A stretch of 64,000 nt of DNA from a virus. Positions 34,824 through 43,210 of this stretch are shown one piece after another. Location: positions 1 through 64,000 of IMG/VR virus record IMGVR_UViG_3300045988_164842, one strand, 5' to 3'. The notes under the pieces are model-generated. The model was not told the origin of the DNA. It worked only from the letters and a program-made list of their open reading frames with translations, and did no database searches. The first letter of the stretch is position 1; each line of letters begins with the position of its first letter. The position numbers and the translations under genes were made by a program.

Positions 34824-35867
34824 TTATTTCACATATCTTTCTTTTTCTTCGCCTTTATATCCGTTGACCAGTATTGGAGCAAGCCATTTCAATATGAGTT
34901 TTTTCTTCCCTGCGATATTGTCATTTACCCAATAATGATGGAAGTGTGCTTTTCTCATATGTGGTTTTCGGGTTTTGTTCTCTCCATCAACGTCATAAGA
35001 TTGATATTGAATTGCTTTGATTGTTCCTTGTAAATCATATCCTGTTTTTGTTCCAACGTACTTAACGATTTCTTTATCGTATTCCTTTTGATAATCGGGA
35101 ACAGTTTGGGAATAAGGTTTTTCTGTTATTTCAGCATTGACAGATGAGACATATAGAACTAAAGCAATTATATTTTCTATAAAACCAATGTATTCACGTC
35201 TTTTCTTTTCTGCTAATTCAAACGATTGTTCTTCAGAAAAACCGTAAATATCCTTACAAGCTTTATAAAAGTCTTTGACTTCTTCCTGAATGAAAGCGTC
35301 AAACAAAATATTTAAGTAAGAGTTTTCTGTATCTGTAACACTAACATTAACTACGATGGTTTCGTCAATGGTTTTCATTGAAAGATTTCCTAACTCGTAT
35401 TCAAAACACGCCTCTGTCTGATTTGTTTTTATACGAAATTTATAAAACGGGATAGTATCAAGTATTTCTGTTGGAATATTTGTTTCTTTCAATGAAAACC
35501 CTGAGCATATAAAATCAGCTATAGTTTTATCAAAAACAAACACCTGTGGGTACTGCTTTTTAAGTTCATATTCCGCTGAATGATTTTTTCTTATCCCAGC
35601 CTTTATTTCTCGAATGATTTTATAGTCTTCTTCATAATCCTCGAAGTTGTACCAGTAATCATTAGGGTAGAAAAAATTTTTCATAGCTCCGATTTTGTAT
35701 TTTTCGCAAAATGAATAATCATCAAAATGCCCAATATATCGTGCAATTTTAATCGGTTTCTTCCTGTCATCACACAAAATAAGATTGTATCCCGGAATGG
35801 CGTAATAAAAAGCTAAGTCCTCGTCATCAATCTGAACATATTCTCTTGGCTTATATTGAATATACAT
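34824..35867 (-). CDS. hypothetical protein (347 aa); paralog of 1425..2342, with an N-terminal domain shared with 35879..36175
   Basis: C-terminal RKPHMRKAHFHHYWVNDNIAGKKKLILKWLAPILVNG. N-terminal YIQYKPREY...GYNLILCDDRKKPI aligns with YVEWKPCRY...GYDLYLCDNNKKRI. Confidence 0.75.
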   Translation of the reverse strand: MYIQYKPREYVQIDDEDLAFYYAIPGYNLILCDDRKKPIKIARYIGHFDDYSFCEKYKIGAMKNFFYPNDYWYNFEDYEEDYKIIREIKAGIRKNHSAEYELKKQYPQVFVFDKTIADFICSGFSLKETNIPTEILDTIPFYKFRIKTNQTEACFEYELGNLSMKTIDETIVVNVSVTDTENSYLNILFDAFIQEEVKDFYKACKDIYGFSEEQSFELAEKKRREYIGFIENIIALVLYVSSVNAEITEKPYSQTVPDYQKEYDKEIVKYVGTKTGYDLQGTIKAIQYQSYDVDGENKTRKPHMRKAHFHHYWVNDNIAGKKKLILKWLAPILVNGYKGEEKERYVK

Positions 35868-35878
35868 TTTATCACCAC

Positions 35879-36175
35879 TTATTCTTGGATTTTTACCATA
35901 CGCTTATAGATACCTTTGTAGTAAAGTCCATCGCTTAATCCAGCAGAAGAACATAAGACGTCCGATGGAAAAGGGAAGCGAGGACAATCGCCTTGTATGA
36001 ATTTATAGACACCAATTCTTTTCTTATTGTTGTCACATAAGTATAAATCGTAACCAACTTCTAAAAGATTTGCGATATGTTCGTCTATGTATTCTTTTGC
36101 ATCTTGTTCATCCATGTCGTCGCTGCCACGAATTTTTTTGTATCTGCATGGCTTCCATTCTACATAATATGCCAT
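35879..36175 (-). CDS. hypothetical small protein (98 aa) homologous to the N-terminus of 34824..35867
   Basis: Start MAYYVEWKPCRY is preceded by AAAGGACGTGCTAAT. Confidence 0.6.
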   Translation of the reverse strand: MAYYVEWKPCRYKKIRGSDDMDEQDAKEYIDEHIANLLEVGYDLYLCDNNKKRIGVYKFIQGDCPRFPFPSDVLCSSAGLSDGLYYKGIYKRMVKIQE

Positions 36176-36216
36176 ATTAGCACGTCCTTTCTGTTTCATA
36201 TAAAAGCTCAACCTTA

Positions 36217-37017
36217 TCAGTCAACCTTTATCCCAGTTGTTCTGAAAAAGATTTCGCTATCAAAGTTCGGGAGACTTTTAATTTCCTCTTTATCGCATGG
36301 AGAGAGGTTGTTCCATTTGTTTTGTTTATCTTCGGATTCTATAAGAGTAATCATGATTTTTCTTGCTGGTGAAGACATCCAATCTTCATAAGTCCAATCC
36401 GACATTTTATCGAACATACGAATACATTCCTTTTTGTAGGACTTTTCATTGAAACAGCCATAAACGTATGCTCCTGAATTGCAATCACCATAATTATAGT
36501 TACCTGAATTGCAATCACCATAATTATAGTTACCTGAATTGTAGTAACCGTAATTACGAGTACCTGAGTTAAAGCTTCCGCAATTTTCTTCACCTGAATT
36601 GCAATCGCCATAATTATAAACTCCGTCATTATTGCTACCATAGTTATTCCAACCAAGATTATTATTTCCGTAATTGAAGTTACCCTCGTTGTCATTACCG
36701 TAATTATAGTTGCCTGAATTCAAAACTCCCGCATTGTCTTCCCCGGAATTCATTTCAGCAAGAAAATCTTCCATGTGATATACTTTAATCACTCTAAAAT
36801 CTTTAGCAGTGAAAAATTCGTTTTCAAAAGGAGTTCCTTTATCCGACATTTCTATTTCTCCAAGAGCCTCCAATTGAACAATAACACCGAAAGTGTAGGA
36901 ATAATCTAAAAGATTAACGCCTTTTTTCATAAACCTAAGCCCTTCTTTATCATGGATGACATCAGAGAGAGAAAAATTGCGAAATTCATCAGGTGTAAGA
37001 TGTATATATCCTTCCAT
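36217..37017 (-). CDS. pentapeptide-repeat protein
   Basis: About 20 pentapeptides (NSGNY NYGND NEGNF NYGNN NLGWN NYGSN NDGVY NYGDC NSGEE ...). C-terminal FDKMSDWTYEDWMSS...LPNFDSEIFFRTTGI is shared with 10751..11305. Confidence 0.85.
   Translation of the reverse strand: MEGYIHLTPDEFRNFSLSDVIHDKEGLRFMKKGVNLLDYSYTFGVIVQLEALGEIEMSDKGTPFENEFFTAKDFRVIKVYHMEDFLAEMNSGEDNAGVLNSGNYNYGNDNEGNFNYGNNNLGWNNYGSNNDGVYNYGDCNSGEENCGSFNSGTRNYGYYNSGNYNYGDCNSGNYNYGDCNSGAYVYGCFNEKSYKKECIRMFDKMSDWTYEDWMSSPARKIMITLIESEDKQNKWNNLSPCDKEEIKSLPNFDSEIFFRTTGIKVD
36473..36742. repeat. 30-bp periodic coding repeat array (two perfect copies)
   Basis: CCTGAATTGCAATCACCATAATTATAGTTA occurs at 36473-36502 and 36503-36532 (identical), followed by about seven diverged 30-bp units. 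Each unit encodes two pentapeptides. Confidence 0.85.
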
Positions 37018-37042
37018 TTTAATATTCCTTTCGTGTATAAAG

Positions 37043-37285
37043 TTATTTTGTATACCCTAAAAGCCACATTTCTGACTTGTCCAGTGCTACAGCCAGTAAT
37101 GTGAGCTTTTCTTTTTTAGGGCAACAGTAAGCGTGCCTATATCGTGATATATCAGATGTTGTTATCTTAGCTTCTACTCCTATTTCTTTAGCTACAACGT
37201 CACAAGCTTTCCTTAATTCCTGTGGAGTAATGCCTTTTTCGGAAATAGCTTGTTCTATTCGGAGTGCAAATACTTGTTTCTTCAT
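37043..37285 (-). CDS. small HTH regulator (80 aa), first gene of the accessory operon
   Basis: Start MKKQVFALRIEQAISEKGITPQELRKACDV follows GAGGTGATAACG. XRE-like helix-turn-helix. Confidence 0.65.
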   Translation of the reverse strand: MKKQVFALRIEQAISEKGITPQELRKACDVVAKEIGVEAKITTSDISRYRHAYCCPKKEKLTLLAVALDKSEMWLLGYTK

Positions 37286-37305
37286 CGTTATCACCTCAAA
37301 TAGTA

Positions 37306-37319
37306 TTTCAATCTTGAAA
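37306..37319. promoter_or_regulatory. palindromic operator candidate upstream of the HTH gene
   Basis: TTTCAATCTTGAAA is a 6+2+6 perfect palindrome. It lies between a TGaTATACT extended -10-like element (minus strand) and the RBS. Confidence 0.45.
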
Positions 37320-37353
37320 CCCTATTTTAGTATATCACAATACAGTTTTTTCG

Positions 37354-37494
37354 TCAAGGTTTTTTGTTATTCCATTCATCAAGTTTTCTGAAAAGCTCAT
37401 CAACTCTCTTTTTGTTTTTTAAGAAAAAGAACCAGCCGTCAATGTACTCAGTTACTATTTGAATAACAAGTAAAACAACTGCCAAGAATGCCAT
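37354..37494 (-). CDS. 46-aa membrane micro-protein
   Basis: AAAGGAGGTGAAAAAT RBS. Hand translation: MAFLAVVLLVIQIVTEYIDGWFFFLKNKKRVDELFRKLDEWNNKKP. Below the ORF-track cutoff. Confidence 0.5.
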   Translation of the reverse strand: MAFLAVVLLVIQIVTEYIDGWFFFLKNKKRVDELFRKLDEWNNKKP

Positions 37495-37520
37495 ATTTTT
37501 CACCTCCTTTCTTTTAGGAA

Positions 37521-37545
37521 GCCCCGTGTAGCCGATAGGTCAGCG
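37521..37545 (-). promoter_or_regulatory. conserved leader motif, copy C
   Basis: Minus strand reads GCTGACCTATCGGCTACACGGGGC, about 25 nt upstream of the ATG at 37494. Confidence 0.6.
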
Positions 37546-37550
37546 CAACA

Positions 37551-38981
37551 TCATATGGCTTTATCCGTTCTTAAACGCACAAACATCCTGTCAAATTCTG
37601 CGTTAATTTTTTTACGTTCTTCTCCCTCTGGTTTCACAGTAAATTCCGCATGACCGCAAAGATAATCAGATTGCATTCCGATATCCTCAAGCCTATCCTT
37701 GACATAGCAAGCAAACGCTCTTGCGAGCATTTCTTCATCAGAAGCCCAGTAACCATGTGCTTCCTTGCTGTAACTTCTATCAGCTTCTTGCGATTTTTTG
37801 AAGTAGTTTGACACATTGCGACCTTTATCATGTTTCATAGTATCGGTAACGTCATGTAGGTACTTTTTTATTCCTTTTACTTTCAGGTAGCGAGAGAGAG
37901 CATGAAACCATTCGTGAGCAAGAGAACCTGCACCTTTCATCTTTGTCAGGCTTATAACGTTTCTCTCAGGTTCGTAATGAGCAACTGAACCTGCACGTCC
38001 TCTTGAACCGTAAGCAATTGCTAACTGACCTCCAAGAGAAATCTGTTCAGGTGCGAAACCGATTGCGATAGCTAAATCTCTTAACGCGTCATATGACATA
38101 TCAAGATTTGCTTGCCTGTCTTGCTGAGTTTGCCAGTTGCCGAACTCACCGCCACGGAATTTAAACGTCTGCAATATTTCATCTGTAGTAACAGGTACGC
38201 CGTTTCTGTAGTTTATGCCTGTTCTGGTAATGTGTACTAACTGTGGTGGTACAGCTTTCTTTTTGCGAGGTTTCTTTTCAGCAACAGGCTTTTCAGTGTT
38301 CTTGACTGTTCGTAAGATGATTTCTTTTGCTGTTTCTTCGCTTTCTACGCCACAACAAATAGCCTTGCGAGTAGGTCTACTGATGATTACATAGCCGTAT
38401 CCTGTAAAAGCTTCTTTATCGAAAAGAGGTTTGTAAAAAGAAGCACCGTATATATCTTTAACCTTAACATACCCTTCCTCGATAGAGCAGTCAGAGCCTT
38501 TAACTATTCGATAATCCGCAAGTATTTTTTCATCTTCCGTGTAAAGGAATTTCTTTTCTTTGATGAAAACCTTTACAGCATGAAGGTCTGTTTCCACTGC
38601 CGATTCCACTTTGGAGAAATCATAGTGAAACCAACACTCTGTATACTGTGCCAAGTAAGTCGAAAGTTTTCCGAAATCTTCAAACTTTCGAACTTCATCT
38701 GTTGTCTTCTTAATAAAAACGGTTATGTCGTAGTATGTTTGCGGAGTTACGAAGGTTGGTCTTGTAGGGATTGCATCTCTTATCATTTTTATCTTCGCTA
38801 CAATCTCAATCGGAAGCCCATTGTCTTTCATTTTCTGATAATTCGGTTTCTTCCAGATATTATCCCTTATCACCAATTGCCTCTGTTCATCTGCTGTCCA
38901 ATCGCCTATATCTGCTGTTCCTTTTGAGAGCAAATCCTTTCTTGCTCCACCGATTTTCTGCCCAAAGTCTTTGATATCCAT
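37551..38981 (-). CDS. polyvalent-protein-like zincin metallopeptidase domain protein
   Basis: Start MDIKDFGQKIGGARKDL follows AAGGAGGAAAAAATA. HEXXH in SLAHEWFHALSRY, plus downstream GYWASDEEMLARAFACYV. Confidence 0.55.
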   Translation of the reverse strand: MDIKDFGQKIGGARKDLLSKGTADIGDWTADEQRQLVIRDNIWKKPNYQKMKDNGLPIEIVAKIKMIRDAIPTRPTFVTPQTYYDITVFIKKTTDEVRKFEDFGKLSTYLAQYTECWFHYDFSKVESAVETDLHAVKVFIKEKKFLYTEDEKILADYRIVKGSDCSIEEGYVKVKDIYGASFYKPLFDKEAFTGYGYVIISRPTRKAICCGVESEETAKEIILRTVKNTEKPVAEKKPRKKKAVPPQLVHITRTGINYRNGVPVTTDEILQTFKFRGGEFGNWQTQQDRQANLDMSYDALRDLAIAIGFAPEQISLGGQLAIAYGSRGRAGSVAHYEPERNVISLTKMKGAGSLAHEWFHALSRYLKVKGIKKYLHDVTDTMKHDKGRNVSNYFKKSQEADRSYSKEAHGYWASDEEMLARAFACYVKDRLEDIGMQSDYLCGHAEFTVKPEGEERKKINAEFDRMFVRLRTDKAI

Positions 38982-38994
38982 TATTTTTTCCTCC

Positions 38995-39981
38995 TTATTT
39001 CTTCTTAATAGTTGTGCTGTGTTCCTCGAATACCACACAGTCACCTTTCTTCATATACCAACATGAGCCGTTGTTCGCCATAGCACAAGCTGAACACGAA
39101 CCGGGACAGCGAAACGCTTTTGCAGGTATCATCGTCTGTTTGTTCTTAAATTCAATCCACGCTGTCGGCAAGTTGTGTGGATTGTCGCAAAGCCAATCAC
39201 CCCAGTTTGAAAAGAGGATAATAAGATTTGCAGGTTTCCTGTGATTTTCAAGCCAGTTGTTCACCAACTCATACTTCTTCGTAAAGCAAAGGAAGCGTGT
39301 TCCTTTTATCTTGCGAGCTACCTTTGCCATGCCGTCAAGGTAATCCATATCCGGAATATCGCCTGTGCTGTGCCATCTGAAAAAGTTGTAGGTGACAAGT
39401 CCGCTGTTTATCTGAGCTACAATGCTGTCAAAGTAGAATTGTGGATTTGCATAATAAGCTTTCAGATTTATCACTCTGTCCACCCTACGGTTTAGGTAGA
39501 CATAGTGACTACGACAAGCGTAGCATTCGTTCATGCAAGGAGCGTCATGCCTGCAAGTAGTTATAGGAGGCAAGTCAAGGGTTGGTATCACTCCGAACTT
39601 ACTGTTACTTACCGAAAGTTTTGGAGCTTCCATAAATAAACTATTAGCCGGAAAATTAACCTGAACGCTTTCACTAAAAGAACTCGCTGATACTTTTATG
39701 ATTGTTTCAGGTAAATCAACTTCTTCTACCGCCGTGTTCATAAAAGCCTCCGCTCCTATAATTTCCGCCCCTAAGAGTGTGACTTTCTTGAGGTTCGTGC
39801 AATCCTTGAATACTTCTGCTTCGATTATGCGAGTATTCAAAGGGATTACAACCTCCTCGATGTCTGTGTTCCCTGCAAATGCTCCACGCCTTATGACAAA
39901 CGTGGATTTCGGAATTTCCACAATTTCTTCGTTTCCTGTGTACGCCGTGAGGGTTCTGCCCTCGATTATAAAGTCTTTCAT
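38995..39981 (-). CDS. LRR (BspA/LRR_5-type) + GP88-like Cys-rich domain fusion
   Basis: N-terminal repeats (VVIPLNTRIIEAEVFKDCTNLKKVTLLGAEIIGAEAF). Then TCRHDAPCMNECYACRSHYVY (includes CX3CX2C spacing), FRWHSTGDI and the C-terminal CPGSCSACAMANNGSCW. Confidence 0.6.
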   Translation of the reverse strand: MKDFIIEGRTLTAYTGNEEIVEIPKSTFVIRRGAFAGNTDIEEVVIPLNTRIIEAEVFKDCTNLKKVTLLGAEIIGAEAFMNTAVEEVDLPETIIKVSASSFSESVQVNFPANSLFMEAPKLSVSNSKFGVIPTLDLPPITTCRHDAPCMNECYACRSHYVYLNRRVDRVINLKAYYANPQFYFDSIVAQINSGLVTYNFFRWHSTGDIPDMDYLDGMAKVARKIKGTRFLCFTKKYELVNNWLENHRKPANLIILFSNWGDWLCDNPHNLPTAWIEFKNKQTMIPAKAFRCPGSCSACAMANNGSCWYMKKGDCVVFEEHSTTIKKK

Positions 39982-39998
39982 TTTTTTATTTATCCTTT

Positions 39999-40517
39999 CT
40001 ATTTATATCTTCTCAAAGGTGTTAATCCTGCGTTTTCACACATCTGATACACTTCAGTATCGTCCATTATACGAGTAACACGAATTTCGCCTGCAATAAT
40101 CCATGTTCCGTACATATTTGGCGATGTTTTATAGCGATAGTAACCGCCGACCGGAATTTTTCTGAGATATGCATTACGCCTGATTACGACACCACACTTG
40201 TTCATTCCTGTAATATCTGCTTCCTCCTGATAAGAACGCTCGTTGTACTCAACTTCTGCCCATACACAGCAATCTTTCAGTGTTTTTATGCCATTATGCA
40301 CACTGTAGATATGCTGGACGTATGGAAGCTCTTCGTTGATGTGCCAGCCTGGTCTATAAGCAAGTTTCCCGAGCCGAGATTTTACTTTTCCGTCTGGTGT
40401 TCTTTCGCCCTCTTTGGCGGATAACCATACACCAACAGGGATTGTTTCAGTTGCCTCCACATAAAGAGGGTGTAAGTTTCCGTTTTTGTCCTGTCTGAAT
40501 AATTTGTAGCCTTTCAT
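39999..40517 (-). CDS. hypothetical protein (172 aa)
   Basis: GGAGTTATC RBS-like sequence. MKGYKLFRQDKNGNLHPLYV...RPGWHI; no function recognised. Confidence 0.65.
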   Translation of the reverse strand: MKGYKLFRQDKNGNLHPLYVEATETIPVGVWLSAKEGERTPDGKVKSRLGKLAYRPGWHINEELPYVQHIYSVHNGIKTLKDCCVWAEVEYNERSYQEEADITGMNKCGVVIRRNAYLRKIPVGGYYRYKTSPNMYGTWIIAGEIRVTRIMDDTEVYQMCENAGLTPLRRYK

Positions 40518-40545
40518 AGATAACTCCTTTCTGCGATAAAAAGTA

Positions 40546-40615
40546 AGAGCAACACTTTTATCGGCGTTGCTCTTTGTGCATAGAAAAGGACTAACGCTTT
40601 CGACGGCATTAGTCC
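40546..40615 (-). terminator. tandem intrinsic terminators
   Basis: GGACTAA(40588-40594)/TTAGTCC(40609-40615) and AAGAGCAAC(40546-40554)/GTTGCTCTT(40566-40574). Each is followed on the minus strand by a T-rich tract. Confidence 0.65.
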
Positions 40616-40640
40616 CTATTAAGTATTTAATTGTTTTGCC

Positions 40641-40892
40641 TTAGAATTCTACTACCTCTTCAAAATCTGGGTCGTTCGGGTCAAAGTCGATGACATTTTC
40701 TTCACGGTTGAAATTTACTGCAAGCTCCTCAACTGTGTCAAGGTCTTCAATGCCGCTGTAGTCGCCATTTTGGGCGACTTCGAGCGTCAGCGGTTCGTCA
40801 TACAAACCCTCGTAGAACATATAACCTTTGCCGCTTCCGTCAGCAAAGACTACGCAATTATAAGCGTTTGTTTTCACGAAATATCTTCTCAT
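40641..40892 (-). CDS. small acidic protein (83 aa)
   Basis: Start MRRYFVKTNAYNC follows AAAAGGAGAAAATA. Asp/Glu-rich C-terminus. Confidence 0.6.
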   Translation of the reverse strand: MRRYFVKTNAYNCVVFADGSGKGYMFYEGLYDEPLTLEVAQNGDYSGIEDLDTVEELAVNFNREENVIDFDPNDPDFEEVVEF

Positions 40893-40973
40893 TATTTTCT
40901 CCTTTTCTGCAAAACCTTGAATGAGGGGGCTTTGCATTCCCTCTTTTTCACATCTCTCCGTGCAGGCAATATA

Positions 40974-41564
40974 TTAACCAAAGCAGTCATCTATGAGACT
41001 GTCGAGAGCAACGCCGATATCACCCCAGCACACAGCCAGTTTGGGAAAACCCCAGGTTTGAGCTGTTTCACAAAACTTATCATAAAGTCGTTCTGTAGCG
41101 TACTCAATGAGGTCATCTCTTAAACGACTTCTGACCTCGTTAAGTACTTCATTATTGCTTTCGTCATCCTCGTCATCTTCACTGCCGTAACCCAGTTCCC
41201 TGCGAACTTCTTCGTCCGTGCTGTCGTATCCGTCCATCAGCTTGACATCAAAGAGTGCCTCTACGTCAGGCGTACAAACAAACGTCCAAGGGCTGTTTTC
41301 ATTTTTATTCCTTGGCAGATTTCCATCCTCGTCTACAAAGCAAACATGAACGCTTTCGTACAGCCTGTTGTCTACATACATTCCGTCCCAACTTACTTCT
41401 GGGTACAGAAGTTTCCTGATTATTTGAATTCCGTCAATCGGAATTTCTTCCTTTGTCGACAAGTCTATGACTTTATCTTTGTGAACCTCGTATTTGTTTC
41501 CGTCTGCATCAATACCGAGATTATTTTTTTGGTCGTATATAAAAATGTATTCAATATAGCTCAT
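40974..41564 (-). CDS. acidic hypothetical protein (196 aa)
   Basis: Start MSYIEYIFIYDQ follows AGAAAGGCGG. Contains the acidic tract GSEDDEDDESNNE. Confidence 0.6.
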   Translation of the reverse strand: MSYIEYIFIYDQKNNLGIDADGNKYEVHKDKVIDLSTKEEIPIDGIQIIRKLLYPEVSWDGMYVDNRLYESVHVCFVDEDGNLPRNKNENSPWTFVCTPDVEALFDVKLMDGYDSTDEEVRRELGYGSEDDEDDESNNEVLNEVRSRLRDDLIEYATERLYDKFCETAQTWGFPKLAVCWGDIGVALDSLIDDCFG

Positions 41565-41626
41565 AATTGAACCGCCTTTCTTTCTGGTTAAAATGTATGA
41601 GCGGATTTTGCGTCCGCTCACCGATG

Positions 41627-41655
41627 ATTATGTCAAAAGATATGTATTACGTCAA
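41627..41655 (-). promoter_or_regulatory. sigma70-like promoter for 40974..41564
   Basis: Minus strand TTGACG(41655-41650)-17 nt-CATAAT(41632-41627). Confidence 0.5.
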
Positions 41656-41664
41656 CAATCTCCG

Positions 41665-42024
41665 TCAGTCTTCCTGTAATGCCTCATAATCCGGGCAATC
41701 AATGTTGAAAACGAGAGCCATCATCGTCTCAGGGTACTCGTTTTCCCAGCAGTAAATGTAACAAGCTTTCTTAAACTGTGCTTGGTCTACAAATCTCATA
41801 AGAGCTGACAGTTCCGGTTTGCTTTCAAGCTCTTCTATAGCACCTTGTCTGGTTTTTGCTTCGACCCAGACTTCGATGTAAGCCATGTCTTCGCCGTAAG
41901 CACATACGCCATAAGGCATACGGTTAACATGGTAATCTCCATCGTTTGTCCACTCGACACAGTTGTCGTCTGAGTCGAAACATAAATCAACAACAATTTT
42001 TTCGTATTTTTCTGTATTGTTCAT
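41665..42024 (-). CDS. acidic hypothetical protein (119 aa)
   Basis: Start MNNTEKYEK follows AGAAGGAGAAAAT. Confidence 0.6.
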   Translation of the reverse strand: MNNTEKYEKIVVDLCFDSDDNCVEWTNDGDYHVNRMPYGVCAYGEDMAYIEVWVEAKTRQGAIEELESKPELSALMRFVDQAQFKKACYIYCWENEYPETMMALVFNIDCPDYEALQED

Positions 42025-42120
42025 ATTTTCTCCTTCTGCTTTTAACGTGGTCGCATCACATTTCACTATAGTTGCGGAGTTCTGACGTTCCGCCCGTATG
42101 AGTTATGTCAAGATTATATC

Positions 42121-42888
42121 TTAGAGCGTACACTCGTAGAGGAAACATTCCGTACTATAATGCTCTTTCAAGCGTTTCTGTACAGCTTCCGGGAAATAGT
42201 CCTCAAGCCAGTAAAGAAATGCCCAGAGGGTTTCCGCCTGTCTTCCGTAATAGTCCTCTGCAACGTCCGGATTTTCCTCACGGAAAGCTTCATACGCTTC
42301 CGTTGACTCCATTACGGAGTGATGGAACATAAACGGACTCACAAAGCCGTGTATTGTTCCGCTTGCGAGAGCCGAATTGAAGTCATCGTAGGTCACCTCC
42401 CACCACTCCAGTACGTCAGAGGCTTTGTAGGAAAGTTTTCCGTTTCTTTTCGCCTCGGCTGTCTGAGGGCTGTAAGGTCTACTGTAAACCCAGTTGTCCT
42501 CGTCCGCCTGCATATCAGCAATCGCATAATACGAGCCGATATAGCATTGAAATTCCCTGTAGCCGTACTCGTACCTGCTGTAGGGATAGATATCCATCAG
42601 CAGGCTTTTTCTGACACGTCCCTGTACGCCGAGACGCTTCCATTTCGAGAAAGCGAACTCTTCTGCTTCTTTTCTGTTTGTGGCGTTCAAGCGGATACGC
42701 CACTGGTGTGTTTCCGTTGCCGTGCCGTTCCAGTGGTGGCTTTCGATGTACACCTCGTATGCCGAAAGCTTTTCAAGATGTACCCTGTAAGGGCGGCGGA
42801 TTCTTACAGTTGTTTCTGTAGTTGTAGCGGTTGTTGCGGTAGTTGTTGTTTCTGTAGTTGTTGCTATTTTTTTCATAGTTTCCTCCAT
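42121..42888 (-). CDS. hypothetical protein (255 aa) with a Thr/Ala-rich N-terminus
   Basis: GGAGGAAACT RBS. Begins MKKIATTTETTTTATTATTTETT. Aromatic-rich body. Confidence 0.7.
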   Translation of the reverse strand: MEETMKKIATTTETTTTATTATTTETTVRIRRPYRVHLEKLSAYEVYIESHHWNGTATETHQWRIRLNATNRKEAEEFAFSKWKRLGVQGRVRKSLLMDIYPYSRYEYGYREFQCYIGSYYAIADMQADEDNWVYSRPYSPQTAEAKRNGKLSYKASDVLEWWEVTYDDFNSALASGTIHGFVSPFMFHHSVMESTEAYEAFREENPDVAEDYYGRQAETLWAFLYWLEDYFPEAVQKRLKEHYSTECFLYECTL

Positions 42889-42890
42889 TT

Positions 42891-42918
42891 TCTCCCCGTA
42901 ATGCCAGATAGGTCAGCC
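42891..42918 (-). promoter_or_regulatory. conserved leader motif, copy A
   Basis: Minus strand reads GGCTGACCTATCTGGCATTACGGGGAGA, immediately upstream of the RBS. Confidence 0.6.
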
Positions 42919-42927
42919 TTTTATTTT

Positions 42928-42959
42928 ATTCTATTGACTTTTTAGGTATTTGTCAATAG
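42928..42959 (-). promoter_or_regulatory. near-consensus promoter embedded in an inverted repeat
   Basis: Minus strand TTGACA(42956-42951)-17 nt-TAGAAT(42933-42928). Inverted repeat CTATTGAC(42931-42938)/GTCAATAG(42952-42959) covers both hexamers. Confidence 0.7.
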
Positions 42960-43035
42960 TTTCTGCGGAGTTTTGTTTTCCGCACTTATGAATTTTGTCC
43001 TATAAGAGCAAGCACTTTCGACGGTGCAAGCCCCT

Positions 43036-43066
43036 AAAAAAGCCAACTGAACAAAAACAGTTGGCT
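43036..43066 (-). terminator. intrinsic terminator
   Basis: AGCCAACTG(43041-43049)/CAGTTGGCT(43058-43066), with T6 on the minus strand (A-run 43036-43041 on +). Confidence 0.7.
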
Positions 43067-43210
43067 TAAAGTTTGCTATTCATTTTTTTCCTCTCTTTTT
43101 CTATCGGGCGGTTTAGGGAAAATCCCCGTTAAGAGATTTCCCTAAAAGCAATGTTGAGTATGCACGATATATACACGCATGTAGCAAGCGCACGCACGCA
43201 CGCGCACACG

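Noticed and set aside
36351-36695. Alternative-frame ORF (114 aa) inside the pentapeptide-repeat gene, and the idea that the 30-bp repeats are a CRISPR-like array.
   Set aside because: The repeats are contiguous with no spacers, and they are in frame with a well-supported pentapeptide protein. The alternative frame is a repeat artefact.
40597-43024. A shared 10-mer, CTTTCGACGG (40597-40606 and 43015-43024), near terminator hairpins.
   Set aside because: Only two copies of a 10-mer. The flanking stems differ. Chance or remnants of a common terminator cannot be distinguished without more genomes.
43187-43210. GCAC/GCGC-rich microsatellite-like tract (GCGCACGCACGCACGCGCACACG).
   Set aside because: It is too short and irregular to be a CRISPR or VNTR array. 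It lies between a terminator and a small hairpin and is likely a compositional oddity.
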